Source: Anaerolineae bacterium (GTDB lineage: Bacteria; Chloroflexota; Anaerolineae; B4-G1; DUEL01). From it: a DNA stretch of 64,000 nucleotides. Numbering within the stretch: position 1 is the first letter of the stretch; every line of letters begins with the position of its first letter. The notes under the pieces are model-generated. The model made no database searches, had not been told where the DNA came from, and worked only from the letters and a program-made list of their open reading frames with translations. Made by a program: the position numbers and the translations under genes. Shown here one piece after another: positions 29,429-39,187 of the stretch. The stretch is taken from the NCBI GenBank assembly GCA_041082215.1, contig JBDOIF010000047.1, forward strand, positions 1 through 64,000, given 5' to 3'.

Positions 29429-30757
29429 TTACCCAATCTCCTCCAGCGCCTCCACCAGCATCTCAATCTCCTCCCGCGGGTTCATCTCCGTCACGCAGAG
29501 GAGCATATGGTCCTTCAGCTCGGGGTAATCCCGCCCCAGGTCGTAGCCGCCGATGATCCCCCATTCGTCCAGCAGGAAGTCGTTGATCTCCTTCACGGGC
29601 CGCGGGCAGCGGACCACAAACTCTTTGAAGAAGGGCTTATCCCGGAGGACGGTGAATCCATTGAGCGCATCAATCCGGTTGGCGGCGTAATGGGCCTTGT
29701 GGTAGCAGAGTTCCGCCACCCGGCGCATCCCGCAGCGGCCCAGGGCGGCCATATAGACGGCGGCGGCCAGGGCCATCAGCCCCTGGTTAGTGCAGATATT
29801 CGAAGTAGCCTTCTCCCGGCGGATGTGCTGCTCGCGGGTGGAGAGGGTGAGGACGAAACCACGTTTGCCCTCCGCGTCCACCGTCTGCCCTACCAGCCGG
29901 CCGGCCATCTTGCGCACGTGTTCCATCCGGGTGGCGAAGAAGCCCAGATACGGCCCGCCGAAGTTCAGCCCGCCGCCCATCCCCTGCCCTTCGCCCACCA
30001 CAATGTCCGCCCCAAAGGCGCCGGGTGGCTTCAGAAGCCCCAGCGCGATGGGGTCCGCCACCACCACGAACAGCGCCCCCACCCGGTGCGCCGCCTCGGC
30101 CAGCGGGGTCAGGTCCTCAAACCGGCCCAGGAAATCCGGGTACTGCACGATAAGGCAGGCTGTTTTTTCATCCAGCAAATCCGCTAATCCTGCCGATCCG
30201 CTGTTCTCCACCACCGCCAGCCCCATCCCCTGGGTGTAGGTGCGCACCACGGCCCGGTATTCGGGATGGACGTAGGACGAGATGACCACCTTCCGTCGTT
30301 TCAGGCGGTGGACGTTGATAGCGGTGATGACGGCCTCGGCGGTGGCGGTAGCGCCGTCGTAGTGGGAGGCATTGGAGACCTCCATGCCGGTCAGTTCGCA
30401 GATCATCGTCTGGTACTCGAAGATGGCCTGGAGGGTGCCCTGACTGACCTCCGGCTGGTAGGGGGTGTAGGCAGTGTAGAACTCGCCGCGGCGGAGCACC
30501 GCATCCACCACGGCGGGGACGTAGTGGCGGTAGGCCCCCGCGCCCAGAAAGCAGGGACCATCGGCGGTCGTCCAGTTGGCCTCGGCCAGCCCCTCCAGTT
30601 CCCGGCGGACCTCCAGCTCGGAGACGGCGGGAGGAAGCTCCAGCTCCGGAAAGCGGGCATGTTCCGGCACGTCCTCGAAAAGCTCCTCGATGGACCGGAC
30701 GCCGATGGCCTCAAGCATCGCCTTCCGGTCCGCATCGCTGTGAGGGATAAACGGCAT
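29429..30757 (-). CDS. gcvPA: Glycine dehydrogenase (decarboxylating) subunit 1
   Basis: FLGAGAY, YTPYQPEVSQG, NASHYDG and REQHIRREKATSNICTNQ motifs. Confidence 0.96.
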   Translation of the reverse strand: MPFIPHSDADRKAMLEAIGVRSIEELFEDVPEHARFPELELPPAVSELEVRRELEGLAEANWTTADGPCFLGAGAYRHYVPAVVDAVLRRGEFYTAYTPYQPEVSQGTLQAIFEYQTMICELTGMEVSNASHYDGATATAEAVITAINVHRLKRRKVVISSYVHPEYRAVVRTYTQGMGLAVVENSGSAGLADLLDEKTACLIVQYPDFLGRFEDLTPLAEAAHRVGALFVVVADPIALGLLKPPGAFGADIVVGEGQGMGGGLNFGGPYLGFFATRMEHVRKMAGRLVGQTVDAEGKRGFVLTLSTREQHIRREKATSNICTNQGLMALAAAVYMAALGRCGMRRVAELCYHKAHYAANRIDALNGFTVLRDKPFFKEFVVRCPRPVKEINDFLLDEWGIIGGYDLGRDYPELKDHMLLCVTEMNPREEIEMLVEALEEIG

Positions 30758-30794
30758 CTTGCCTCCTGCTATCCTGCGTCCTGCAACTTGCAAC

Positions 30795-31184
30795 CTACGC
30801 CTCTTCCTCCTCCACAAACGCCTCATAAGCCTCGGCGTCCATCAGTTCGTCGAACTCGGCCGGATCGGACGGCCTGAAGCGGATCATCCAGCCCTCCCCG
30901 TAGGGGTCCTGGTTGACCAGCTCCGGTGTATCCTCCAGCGCCTCGTTGACGGCGGTGATCTCGCCTCCCATCGGCATGTAGAGGTCGGAGGCGGCCTTCA
31001 CCGATTCGACGACGCCGAAGCTTTCTCCCCTATCGAAGACGTCCCCCACCTCCGGCAGCTCCACGTAGACCACATCGGAGAGGGACTCCTGGGCATGGTC
31101 GGTGATGCCGCAGACGATCTCTTTCCCATCCCACCGTGCCCATTCGTGGGTTTTGGTGTATCGTGCTTCTGGATCCAGCTTCAT
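30795..31184 (-). CDS. gcvH: Glycine cleavage system H protein
   Basis: YTKTHEW, GITDHAQ, lipoyl site VESVKAASD and DPYGEGW. Confidence 0.96.
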   Translation of the reverse strand: MKLDPEARYTKTHEWARWDGKEIVCGITDHAQESLSDVVYVELPEVGDVFDRGESFGVVESVKAASDLYMPMGGEITAVNEALEDTPELVNQDPYGEGWMIRFRPSDPAEFDELMDAEAYEAFVEEEEA

Positions 31185-31287
31185 GACGGCCACTCCTTTC
31201 TTGGGAAGCAGAGCTTGTACAGTTTCGCCGGTTCTCACCACAGAGACGCAGAGGGCACAGAACACCTTCTGAGTCTTGGGTGTGACA

Positions 31288-31701
31288 TCACTTATCCCCG
31301 AGCCGTTGGGCCACAGCCTCCAGGACCGTCCTGGCGAGGGCCGAGGCGTCAGCGGCTTCCTCTGGATCGGTATAGAAGCGGGAAGGCACCCCACCCGGAA
31401 GCCCATTGGGGTAGCGGGTGGGGATGTAGTATTGGTCCAGACGGCTGGCCTTGTGCAGCTCGCCCAGGGCTGGATCAATGACGGCTGCGGCTTCGATGAG
31501 TTCCAGAACGGAGTGGGTAAAGAAGACGCGGCGGTCATCGGTGTGGGCGTAGAGGAAGGCTTTCAGGGCTTTTTCGGCTGCCTGCTGGAAGTGGAAGAGG
31601 GCCAGGTAGAAGCGTCCGCGTTTCCTCAGTTCATCTGCGTCCTGATATTCGTCCTGGGCGTGGGTCAGCCAGCGGAGGGCTTCATCCATTGGACTTTTCA
31701 T
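31288..31701 (-). CDS. HEPN domain protein
   Basis: FHFQQAAEKALKA, THS and LDQYYIPTRYPN motifs. Confidence 0.9.
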   Translation of the reverse strand: MKSPMDEALRWLTHAQDEYQDADELRKRGRFYLALFHFQQAAEKALKAFLYAHTDDRRVFFTHSVLELIEAAAVIDPALGELHKASRLDQYYIPTRYPNGLPGGVPSRFYTDPEEAADASALARTVLEAVAQRLGDK

Positions 31702-32041
31702 ACACCACCCTCCCCGTCCGCAGGGCGTGGCGAATCAGGCGGCTGTGACGCTGGACTTCGGCGAACTCTCTCTCGTTGTAGGGCAGAAAGTCCACTGCCA
31801 CCCGCCGTTCGACCCCCTCGTAGAGACGACGGGACCAGTAGGCGAAGCCCTCTTCGCCGGGCATAACAACGATGAAGTCCAGATCGCTGTGGGCACCGGC
31901 TTCCCCTCGGGCGGCGGAGCCGAAGAGGACGACCTTCTTCGCCCCCAGCTTCTGTAACTGAGCTACGATCCGCTCCGTCTCCTCCTGCAACAGGACGCGT
32001 CGCCGCTCCCGCTCTGCCAGCAGCTCCCGGACATCCATCAC
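31682..32041 (-). CDS. Minimal nucleotidyltransferase (MNT)
   Basis: VLFGSAARGEAGAHSDLDFIVV. Confidence 0.9.
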   Translation of the reverse strand: MMDVRELLAERERRRVLLQEETERIVAQLQKLGAKKVVLFGSAARGEAGAHSDLDFIVVMPGEEGFAYWSRRLYEGVERRVAVDFLPYNEREFAEVQRHSRLIRHALRTGRVVYEKSNG

Positions 32042-32077
32042 GTCTATTATACTCGCCGCGCGTGGAGCGCAACTATA

Positions 32078-33031
32078 TCAGTACCCCGCCTGCTTGTTCA
32101 CCACGTTCAGGAGCGGTTCGCCGGAGACATACCGGCGCAGGTTTTCCAGGAAAAGCTCGATCTCCCGCTCCTGAATATGGGGGGAGCTCCAGGAATTGTG
32201 GGGGGTGAGGATGACGTTGGGCAGGTCCCAGAAGGGGCTGTCCTCCGGCAGCGGCTCCTCGGCGAAGACGTCCAGACAGGCCCCGCCGATGCGCCGTTCC
32301 CGCAGCGCCTCCAGAAGCGCCCCCTCATCTACGATGGCGCCGCGCGCGATGTTGATCAGCCACCCGTCCGGCTTCATCGCCGCCAGCTCCGCTCGCCCGA
32401 TCAGCCCACGGGTCTCATCCGTAAGGGGGAGGGTGATGACAACGAAATCCGATCGGCCCAGGAGGTCGTGGAGGCAGTCGGGGGGGAGGACCTCGTCGGC
32501 GTACTGATTGGAGCGGGGATGGCGTACCATACCCAGAACGCGCATCCCAAAGGCGCGACACAGCCGGGCCACCTCGGAGCCGATGTCCCCCAGGCCGAGG
32601 ATGCCCACCGTTCGCCCCCGTAGCTCCTGAAGCCCCAGCTTGTGCCATCGGTGGGAACGCTGCTGCTCAAAGAACTCCGGCAGCCGCTTGACCACCGCCA
32701 GCATATAGGCCAGCACTGTCTCGGCGATGGGGACGTTGAAGACCCCGCTGGCGTTGGTCAGCACTACGTCCGATACGGTCAGTTCGGGGAACAGGAGGTG
32801 ATCCACCCCGGCGCTGATGGTGTGGACCCACCGGAGGCCAGGGATCTGCGTGACCAGCCGCTGGAAGGTCTCCCTTCCCACCCCCCAGCGGAGGAACAGC
32901 ACTTCTGTATCGTCGAGCGCTTCCTGGATTTCTCCTTCGGGGGTGAACGGAACGATGTGGCAATGAGGGGCGATCTGGCAGATCCGTTCCTGCAGTGTTT
33001 CGACGAGATAGTCTGGCACGAGAAGCTTCAT
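32078..33031 (-). CDS. D-2-hydroxyacid dehydrogenase family protein
   Basis: SAGVDH, GILGLGDIG, INIARG, LDVFAEEPL and TPHNS motifs. Confidence 0.93.
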   Translation of the reverse strand: MKLLVPDYLVETLQERICQIAPHCHIVPFTPEGEIQEALDDTEVLFLRWGVGRETFQRLVTQIPGLRWVHTISAGVDHLLFPELTVSDVVLTNASGVFNVPIAETVLAYMLAVVKRLPEFFEQQRSHRWHKLGLQELRGRTVGILGLGDIGSEVARLCRAFGMRVLGMVRHPRSNQYADEVLPPDCLHDLLGRSDFVVITLPLTDETRGLIGRAELAAMKPDGWLINIARGAIVDEGALLEALRERRIGGACLDVFAEEPLPEDSPFWDLPNVILTPHNSWSSPHIQEREIELFLENLRRYVSGEPLLNVVNKQAGY

Positions 33032-33048
33032 TGCGGTCCCCTCCCAGG

Positions 33049-33122
33049 TGGGCGGTACAGGACTCGAACCTGTGGCCTCCTCCTTGTAAGGGAGGCGCTC
33101 TGACCAGCTGAGCTAACCGCCC
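33049..33122 (-). tRNA. tRNA-Val (TAC)
   Basis: Reverse complement GGGCGGTTAGCTCAGCTGGTCAGAGCGCCTCCCTTACAAGGAGGAGGCCACAGGTTCGAGTCCTGTACCGCCCA. Confidence 0.97.
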
Positions 33123-33130
33123 GCAGGGCC

Positions 33131-33159
33131 ATTATAACCACGAAGTTTCGCTCCGTCAA
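33131..33159 (-). promoter_or_regulatory. Sigma-A promoter of tRNA-Val, possibly also of the downstream gcv operon
   Basis: TTGACG, 17 bp spacer, TATAAT on the minus strand. Confidence 0.85.
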
Positions 33160-33169
33160 CTCCAGCTTT

Positions 33170-33394
33170 TAGGACAAGCTGATGAGTTTTAACAAATTAA
33201 TCCGGCCATGATCGTGCGCGGCTCTTGTGGGAACAATGGGGCGCAGGCCGCCAGGCCTGCAGGGACAGGCTAACAGCCTGCGCTACGCCCGACCCTTTTT
33301 GTGGGCATAGCGCTCCCCGACCACGCAAATTCCCGGAGGACCTCCTGCACCATTGCGCACGGATTAATTTTTCAAAGTTCATAAGCTTGCCCTG
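33170..33394. mobile_element. MITE-like element with imperfect 34-bp terminal inverted repeats, carrying REP-like hairpins
   Basis: AGGACAAGCTGATGAGTTTTAACAAATTAATCCG vs the reverse complement of 33360-33393 (28/34 identical by manual count). Confidence 0.65.
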
Positions 33395-33419
33395 CAGGCT
33401 TTGCGCCACCGGGGCCTCT

Positions 33420-34541
33420 TCAGGCTGGAGACAGTCCATCTCCAGGCCAAAGCTCACCCTGGAGTGCTTCTCTATACACCGCCTCCAGTCGGGCGATCAT
33501 CTGTTCCAGGGTGAAGGTTGCCTCCACGCGGGCCCGCCCGGCCTGGCCCATCTCCGCCCGTCGGAGGGGGGAGTCCATCAGCTCACGGACCGCCCTGGCC
33601 AGCGCCTGGGGGTCGCGAGGGGGGACAACCCGACCGGTGACCGTGTCCTGCACAACCCATGAAGTGCCGGTCCCCACTTCGGTGGTGATACAGGGCAGGC
33701 CAGAGGCCATTGCCTCCAGCAGCACTGTCCCGAAGGCCTCGGCGCGGGCGTTGGCCGGGAGGACGAAGAGGTGGGCCTGATGGTAGAGAAGGGGCAGCGC
33801 CTCCTCCTCCACCTCTCCCAGAAAGTGGACCCGGTCGGCAAGCCCCAGCTCCGACGCCAGAGCCTCCCAGGGGCCGCGCATCGGCCCGTCGCCAGCGACG
33901 GTCAGGTGGATGCCGGGGAGCTCCGTCAGGGCGTACAGGAGGGAATCGAGGCCCTTGTAGTACCGGAGCCGGCCCACGAAAAGAAGGGTGGGGGGGCCTT
34001 CGAAGGGGATGGCGGGCGGGACGAAGCGACGATGGTCAACTCCCAGCGGGACGACGACGCACTTCTCCCGCAGGGGATGGAGCCAGGGGGAGCTCTCGAT
34101 GTAGCGGGGGCTGGTGGCGATAATCCGGTCGGCGGAGGCGAGCACCAGCCGCAGGAGCGGCCCGTAGAGGCGGAGCCACGACCGCTGGCGCACCACGTCG
34201 GAGTGGTGGGTGATGACGGTGGCGCGGGCGCGGCCCAGGAGCCAGTTGGCCAGTTCCCCCAGGGGGTAGGGGGAATGGACGTGGGCCACATCGGGTCGGA
34301 GACGACTCAGGATCACCGGCTGGCTGAGGCTCAGGGGCATCGAGGCTGCGGTGGTGAACCGGCCCGCCTTGATCACTTGCACTTCTCTTATTTTCTCAAC
34401 CCGCGTGCGCATCCCTGGGTCGCAGACCAGAACGACGACCCGGTGTCCGGCGGCGGCCTGGGCTTCGGCCACAACTTTGATGTGGTTTTCGATGCCGCCG
34501 AGGACGGGGTAATAGTCCTTGTAGATGTGGAGGATGTCCAT
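33420..34541 (-). CDS. GT4-family glycosyltransferase
   Basis: YYPVLGGIE, FVGRLRYYKG and EAFGTVLLEAMASG motifs. Confidence 0.92.
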   Translation of the reverse strand: MDILHIYKDYYPVLGGIENHIKVVAEAQAAAGHRVVVLVCDPGMRTRVEKIREVQVIKAGRFTTAASMPLSLSQPVILSRLRPDVAHVHSPYPLGELANWLLGRARATVITHHSDVVRQRSWLRLYGPLLRLVLASADRIIATSPRYIESSPWLHPLREKCVVVPLGVDHRRFVPPAIPFEGPPTLLFVGRLRYYKGLDSLLYALTELPGIHLTVAGDGPMRGPWEALASELGLADRVHFLGEVEEEALPLLYHQAHLFVLPANARAEAFGTVLLEAMASGLPCITTEVGTGTSWVVQDTVTGRVVPPRDPQALARAVRELMDSPLRRAEMGQAGRARVEATFTLEQMIARLEAVYREALQGELWPGDGLSPA

Positions 34542-34543
34542 CG

Positions 34544-35671
34544 CTACAGCCGTTCCCCAAGCACCTGCCGGTAAACCCGGGCCGTCTCCCGGGCCGTCCG
34601 CTCCCACGAAAACCGACCCGCCTGTTCGATCCCGCGTCGCCGGAGATCGGCCTGCAGTTCCGCATCGGTCAGCAGGCTCCGGAGGGCTGTGAAGATGTCG
34701 TCCGTTTCCTTCGGGTCGAAATAGAGGGCGGCGTCTCCGCCGATCTCCGGCAGGCTGGAGAGGCGCGAGCAGGCCACCGGCGTCCCGCAGGCCATCGCTT
34801 CCAGCACCGGCAGGCCGAACCCCTCATAGAGGCTGGGAAGGACCAGCGCCTGAGCGCCGGCATAGACGGCAGGCAGGTCGTCATCCGGGACGTATCCCGT
34901 AAGCAGGACAGCGTGCCGGGCGGGAGAGCGTTCCAGGCGGGTGAAGAATCCTTCGTACAGCCACCCGGCTTTCCCCACGATGACCAGCCCATCGGTCAGC
35001 CCCTCGGCGTGGAGCAGCTCAAAGGCCTCCAGCAGCCGGGTGAGATTCTTGCGCGGCTCGATGGTGCCGACGAAGAGGAGGTACCGATGGGGCAGCCGGT
35101 AGCGGGCGCCGACAACGGCGACCTTTTCGGGGGGCTGGGGGCGAAAGCGGGGATCGGCGGCTTCGTGGATGGGGGTGATCCTGTCGGGAGGGAGGCCGTA
35201 GGCGGCGATGAGGTCCTGTCGGGTGTGTTCGGAGACGGCGATAATGTGGCTGGCGCGGCGGCAGTAGAGGGGCATGGTCAGGTTCAGGTACCAGCGGTTG
35301 AGCGGCTTGTGGTGCTGGGGCAGGTGGCGGAAGATCAGGTCGTGGACGGTGAGGACAGCGGGGGTGGAGCGGAGAGGGAGGAGGAGATGTTCGGTGGCGT
35401 GAAAGAGTTCCGCGTCGGGCAGCAGCCGGTCCAGGCCGATGTGGGTCAGTTGCCCCAGCCAGACCAGCATGCGCCAGGGCTTGTACCCCAGGCCGACGGT
35501 GCGGGTGGGAAGCTCCAGCCCTGCCAGCGGTTCCACACCCCGTTCCCGGTTGTAGAAGAGTCCATACCGGTTGGGGGCGGCGGCGACGAGGGCGCGGACC
35601 AGGCTTTCGGCGTACCGGCCCAGCCCGGCGCGCCGATGGACAGCGGCAGAGACATCCAGGTAAACGGTCAC
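34544..35671 (-). CDS. GT4-family glycosyltransferase
   Basis: LTVHDL, FVGTIEPRKN and PSLYEGFGLPVLEAMACG motifs. Confidence 0.92.
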   Translation of the reverse strand: MTVYLDVSAAVHRRAGLGRYAESLVRALVAAAPNRYGLFYNRERGVEPLAGLELPTRTVGLGYKPWRMLVWLGQLTHIGLDRLLPDAELFHATEHLLLPLRSTPAVLTVHDLIFRHLPQHHKPLNRWYLNLTMPLYCRRASHIIAVSEHTRQDLIAAYGLPPDRITPIHEAADPRFRPQPPEKVAVVGARYRLPHRYLLFVGTIEPRKNLTRLLEAFELLHAEGLTDGLVIVGKAGWLYEGFFTRLERSPARHAVLLTGYVPDDDLPAVYAGAQALVLPSLYEGFGLPVLEAMACGTPVACSRLSSLPEIGGDAALYFDPKETDDIFTALRSLLTDAELQADLRRRGIEQAGRFSWERTARETARVYRQVLGERL

Positions 35672-35863
35672 AGGCGCTCCCTTTCCGCATTCCGGAGAGC
35701 GGCGCTCTGCAGCGTCTCCGGGAAAAGCGCGTTCCCTCGCTGACCGGACGTGTGCGGCACGATTCTAGCACGATTGGCGTCGGAGGGGAAGGGATGTCGC
35801 CCCCGCCCGGTGCTCGAAATGCCGGGGTATGGAGTGCGGGCTACCTCTGCTTCGCGGGCAGGG

Positions 35864-35912
35864 TTGCTTTCAAATCAAACCTGTGTTATAATTGAAAATG
35901 AGAAACATTCTC
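35864..35912 (+). promoter_or_regulatory. Promoter plus Fur box of the fur-feo operon
   Basis: TTGCTT, 17 bp spacer, TATAAT (35887-35892); GAAAATGAGAAACATTCTC (35894-35912) matches 15/19 of GATAATGATAATCATTATC. Confidence 0.8.
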
Positions 35913-35927
35913 AAAAAGGTGGGGCCG

Positions 35928-36374
35928 ATGGGAGAGGAGCGACTGAGCAAGAAACTGCACGCCAGCGGCCACCGGCTCACCCGGCAGCGGCGGCTGGTGA
36001 TGGAGGTGCTGGAGGAGAGCGACGAGCACCTGGACGCCGAAACGCTCCACGACCGGGCGAAAGCCCGCGATGCCAACATCAGCCTGGCGACGGTCTATCG
36101 GACACTGGCGCTTTTGAAAAACGTCGGCCTGGTGGAAGAGCACCGACTTGGAGAAGACCATGCCCACTTCGAGGCGGTCCAGGAGGATCCCCACTATCAT
36201 TTTACCTGCCTTCGTTGCGGGCGGGTAATCGAGTTCGACGCCCCTCAGGTGATGGAGGTCATGCAGGAGCTGAGGGAGCGGTATGGGTTATGCATCACCG
36301 ACGTTCACCTTTTTCTCAGCGGCTACTGTGCCCGGTGTCAGCCATTTGAGCAGGGAGGTCAAGATGAGGACTGA
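35928..36374 (+). CDS. fur: Fur-family transcriptional repressor
   Basis: RLTRQR, HLDAE, ISLATVYRTL, HYHFTCLRCG and GYCARC motifs. Confidence 0.9.
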   Translation: MGEERLSKKLHASGHRLTRQRRLVMEVLEESDEHLDAETLHDRAKARDANISLATVYRTLALLKNVGLVEEHRLGEDHAHFEAVQEDPHYHFTCLRCGRVIEFDAPQVMEVMQELRERYGLCITDVHLFLSGYCARCQPFEQGGQDED

Positions 36375-36648
36375 TCCGAGAAGACCGGCTTTCACATCCC
36401 GTACCGCTCAACCGGGGGTGGTCCCCCTCAGCTCTTTGGGTCCCGGTGAGCACGGCGTGGTAGTCCGGCTGGACGGCGGCCAGGGGTTGCTGGGGCGGAT
36501 GACGGCGCTCGGCTTCACCCCTGGTGCAGACGTGACGATCGTGCAGAATTTCGGTCGGGGGCCGCTCATTGTCCGCGTGCGGGACGCCCGTGTCGCGCTG
36601 GGCCGGGGCGAGGCGGGGCGGGTTTATGTGCGCAGGGGGTCAGGATGA
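36364..36648 (+). CDS. feoA: Ferrous iron transport protein A
   Basis: RMTALGFTPG, GPLIVRV and VALGRGEA; directly upstream of feoB. Confidence 0.9.
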   Translation: MRTDPRRPAFTSRTAQPGVVPLSSLGPGEHGVVVRLDGGQGLLGRMTALGFTPGADVTIVQNFGRGPLIVRVRDARVALGRGEAGRVYVRRGSG

Positions 36649-38681
36649 GCACCTGTCACACCGTGCAGGCGGATGCGGCAAGGCCGCAGGTGGCAGAGCG
36701 GGCCGTGCTGGTAGCGCTGGCCGGGCAGCCGAACGTCGGCAAGTCCACCCTCTTCAACCTGCTCACCGGCCTCAACCAGCACGTGGGGAACTGGCCCGGC
36801 AAGACGGTCGAGCGGAAGGAGGGGCTCTTTACCCTCAACGGAGCGACCTGCCGTCTGGTTGACCTGCCCGGCACGTACAGCCTGACGGCCAACTCCGCCG
36901 AGGAGGTGATCGCGCGGGAGTTCATTATCCGGGAGCGGCCCGATGTGGTGATCGCACTGGTGGACGCGGCGATTCTGGAGCGGAGCCTTTATCTGGTCGC
37001 GGAGCTGATCTCCCTCCCCGCTCCCGTCATCGTTGCGTTGAACATGATGGATGTGGCCCGGCAGGAGGGGGTGCAGATCGAGCCGGAAGTGCTGGAGGCA
37101 GCCCTGGGCGTGCCAGTGGTCCCAATGGTTGCCACCCGAAGGGAGGGGGTCCAGAAGCTTCTGGAGACGGTGGATCGGGTGATCCGCGGCGAGTTTCCTT
37201 ACAGGCCCAGGCCCCCCCAGGTCCGGGCTGACCATCAGGAGATCCTGGAAGAGATCAGGGGGTTGATCGCCGGGCACGTGCCGGAGCCCTACCCCTGTGA
37301 GTGGGTGGCGCTGAAGTTGCTGGAGGGAGACCGGGAGATCACCCGGATGATGCAGGAGCGGTTGCCGCCGGAACAATGGGAGGCGGTCCACCAGGTGCTC
37401 CGGGCCCACGACGATGCGCTGGTGGCGGTGGCAAGCGGCCGGTATGAGTGGATCGGGCGGATGGTCCGCGCCGCCGTCACCCGCCCCAGGGCCGGCCAGA
37501 TCGGCCTCACAGAGCGGCTGGACCGCTGGGCCACCCATCCCTTCTGGGGGCTGGTGGTCCTGGCGGGGATCCTGGGCCTGGTTTTCTGGCTGACCTATGC
37601 TGTGGGCACCCCGCTTCAGGACCTGCTGGACCGGTATGGGATCAGCGTGCTGGCGGACCTGGCCCGCAGGGGGCTGTTGGGACGGGCGGCCTGGCTTGCG
37701 GACCTGGTGGCTGACGGGGTGATCGGTGGGGTGGGCGCGATGCTCACCTTCCTCCCCATCCTGGTCATTTTCTTTGCCGTAATGGGGATACTGGAAGACG
37801 TGGGCTATCTGGCCCGGGCGGCTTATGTTATGGACGGTTTTATGCACCTGATGGGGCTGCACGGTAAGTCGTTCCTGCCCCTTTTCCTCGGCTTCGGCTG
37901 CAATGTGCCGGCGGTGCTGGGGACCCGCGTGATCGAATCCCGCCGCGCCCGGCTGCTCACCCTCCTGCTGGCCCCTCTGGTTCCCTGCACTGCCCGGATG
38001 GCGGTGATCGCCTTTCTGGCCCCTGCCTTCTTCGGTCCGGCGGCCACTCTGGTCTCCTGGGGGTTGATCCTCCTGGCGCTGGTGGTGATGGCGCTCTCCG
38101 GGGTGTTGATTAACCGGACCCTCTTTCGGGGGCAGCGGGCGGCATTCATCATGGAGCTTCCCCTCTATCATCTGCCGAACTGGCGCACCATCGGCCTGCT
38201 GGTGTGGCAGCGGAGCCTGGCCTTTGTCCGTAAGGCCGGCACGCTGATCCTGGCCGTGTCGGTTGGGGTGTGGGCCCTTTCGACCTTCCCGGGTGGGGGC
38301 GTGGAGGAGAGTTTCCTGGCCCAGCTCGGCCGATGGCTGGAGCCGGCGGGTCGGCTGATGGGGATGGATTGGCGGCTGGTGGTGGCGCTGTTGACCGGAT
38401 TTGTGGCCAAAGAGAACGCCATCGCCACGCTGGGGGTCCTCTTTGGGATGGGCGGCGGAGAGGGGCTGGCCCGTGTGCTGGCCTCCGCCTATCCGGCCTC
38501 TACGGCGCTGGCTTTTCTGGTTGCCGAGATGCTCTTCATCCCCTGCATCGCCACTGTGGGCGCGATCCGGCAGGAAACCGGTTCCTGGGGGTGGACGCTT
38601 TTCGATGTGGGGCTTCTGCTGGTCCTTTCCTTCCTGGGGGGCGCAGGTGTCTATCAGTTGGCGCGGCTGGCGGGATTGTGA
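36645..38681 (+). CDS. feoB: Ferrous iron transporter B
   Basis: GQPNVGKST, VGNWPGKTVE, DLPGTYSL, GFGCNVPA and FIMELP motifs. Confidence 0.97.
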   Translation: MSTCHTVQADAARPQVAERAVLVALAGQPNVGKSTLFNLLTGLNQHVGNWPGKTVERKEGLFTLNGATCRLVDLPGTYSLTANSAEEVIAREFIIRERPDVVIALVDAAILERSLYLVAELISLPAPVIVALNMMDVARQEGVQIEPEVLEAALGVPVVPMVATRREGVQKLLETVDRVIRGEFPYRPRPPQVRADHQEILEEIRGLIAGHVPEPYPCEWVALKLLEGDREITRMMQERLPPEQWEAVHQVLRAHDDALVAVASGRYEWIGRMVRAAVTRPRAGQIGLTERLDRWATHPFWGLVVLAGILGLVFWLTYAVGTPLQDLLDRYGISVLADLARRGLLGRAAWLADLVADGVIGGVGAMLTFLPILVIFFAVMGILEDVGYLARAAYVMDGFMHLMGLHGKSFLPLFLGFGCNVPAVLGTRVIESRRARLLTLLLAPLVPCTARMAVIAFLAPAFFGPAATLVSWGLILLALVVMALSGVLINRTLFRGQRAAFIMELPLYHLPNWRTIGLLVWQRSLAFVRKAGTLILAVSVGVWALSTFPGGGVEESFLAQLGRWLEPAGRLMGMDWRLVVALLTGFVAKENAIATLGVLFGMGGGEGLARVLASAYPASTALAFLVAEMLFIPCIATVGAIRQETGSWGWTLFDVGLLLVLSFLGGAGVYQLARLAGL

Positions 38682-38696
38682 TGGGGTGGGGGACCC

Positions 38697-38936
38697 ATGC
38701 TGAACCGACTGCTGGAGCTGTTACGGACGGGCGATACCCATCGGGTCTCCGACCTGGCCCGCAGGCTGGGGACAACCCCTCAACTGGTGGAGATGATGCT
38801 GGAGGAGCTGGAGAGGATGGGAAAGCTGAAGCCGGTGGGGGAGAGGTGTGTCGAAGAATGCAAAGCCTGTCCGCTGGCAGGGGCCTGCGCGGCCGGGATG
38901 AAAGGGCGGGCATGGACGTGGGAGGAGGAGGCTTGA
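38697..38936 (+). CDS. feoC: FeoC-like winged-helix protein
   Basis: HTH followed by CxxxCxxCPxxxxC; last gene of the feo operon. Confidence 0.8.
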   Translation: MLNRLLELLRTGDTHRVSDLARRLGTTPQLVEMMLEELERMGKLKPVGERCVEECKACPLAGACAAGMKGRAWTWEEEA

Positions 38937-39011
38937 TTCCGGATTGGCGAGCCGGTGCGGGGTTGACAAGAACCCGAAGTTGCGTATATTTATAGGCTGC
39001 TGAGCAGCCTG

Positions 39012-39187
39012 GAGTCTATCCGAAAAGTCGCAGGGCAGGCTAAAAAGCCTGCCTGGGCAGCCTGGAAAGGCTGTCCTACGGTAACTACCTGGGAGGGGGT
39101 GCCCGCCCCAGGCAGGCGGGGGTGGGGTGAGGACCAGGCGGGGCGATTAACCCCCGGGGTATCCTGCGACGGTTTTCGGACAGGCTC
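39012..39187. mobile_element. MITE-like element with terminal inverted repeats, filled with REP-like hairpins
   Basis: GAGTCTATCCGAAAAGTCGCAGG (39012-39034) / CCTGCGACGGTTTTCGGACAGGCTC (39163-39187). Confidence 0.6.

Noticed and set aside
31185..31290. Glycine riboswitch upstream of gcvH or glyA-gcvT
   Set aside because: No GGAGA...CCGAAG/CTCTCAGG aptamer pattern is visible; the spacer holds only a CACAGAG-type repeat
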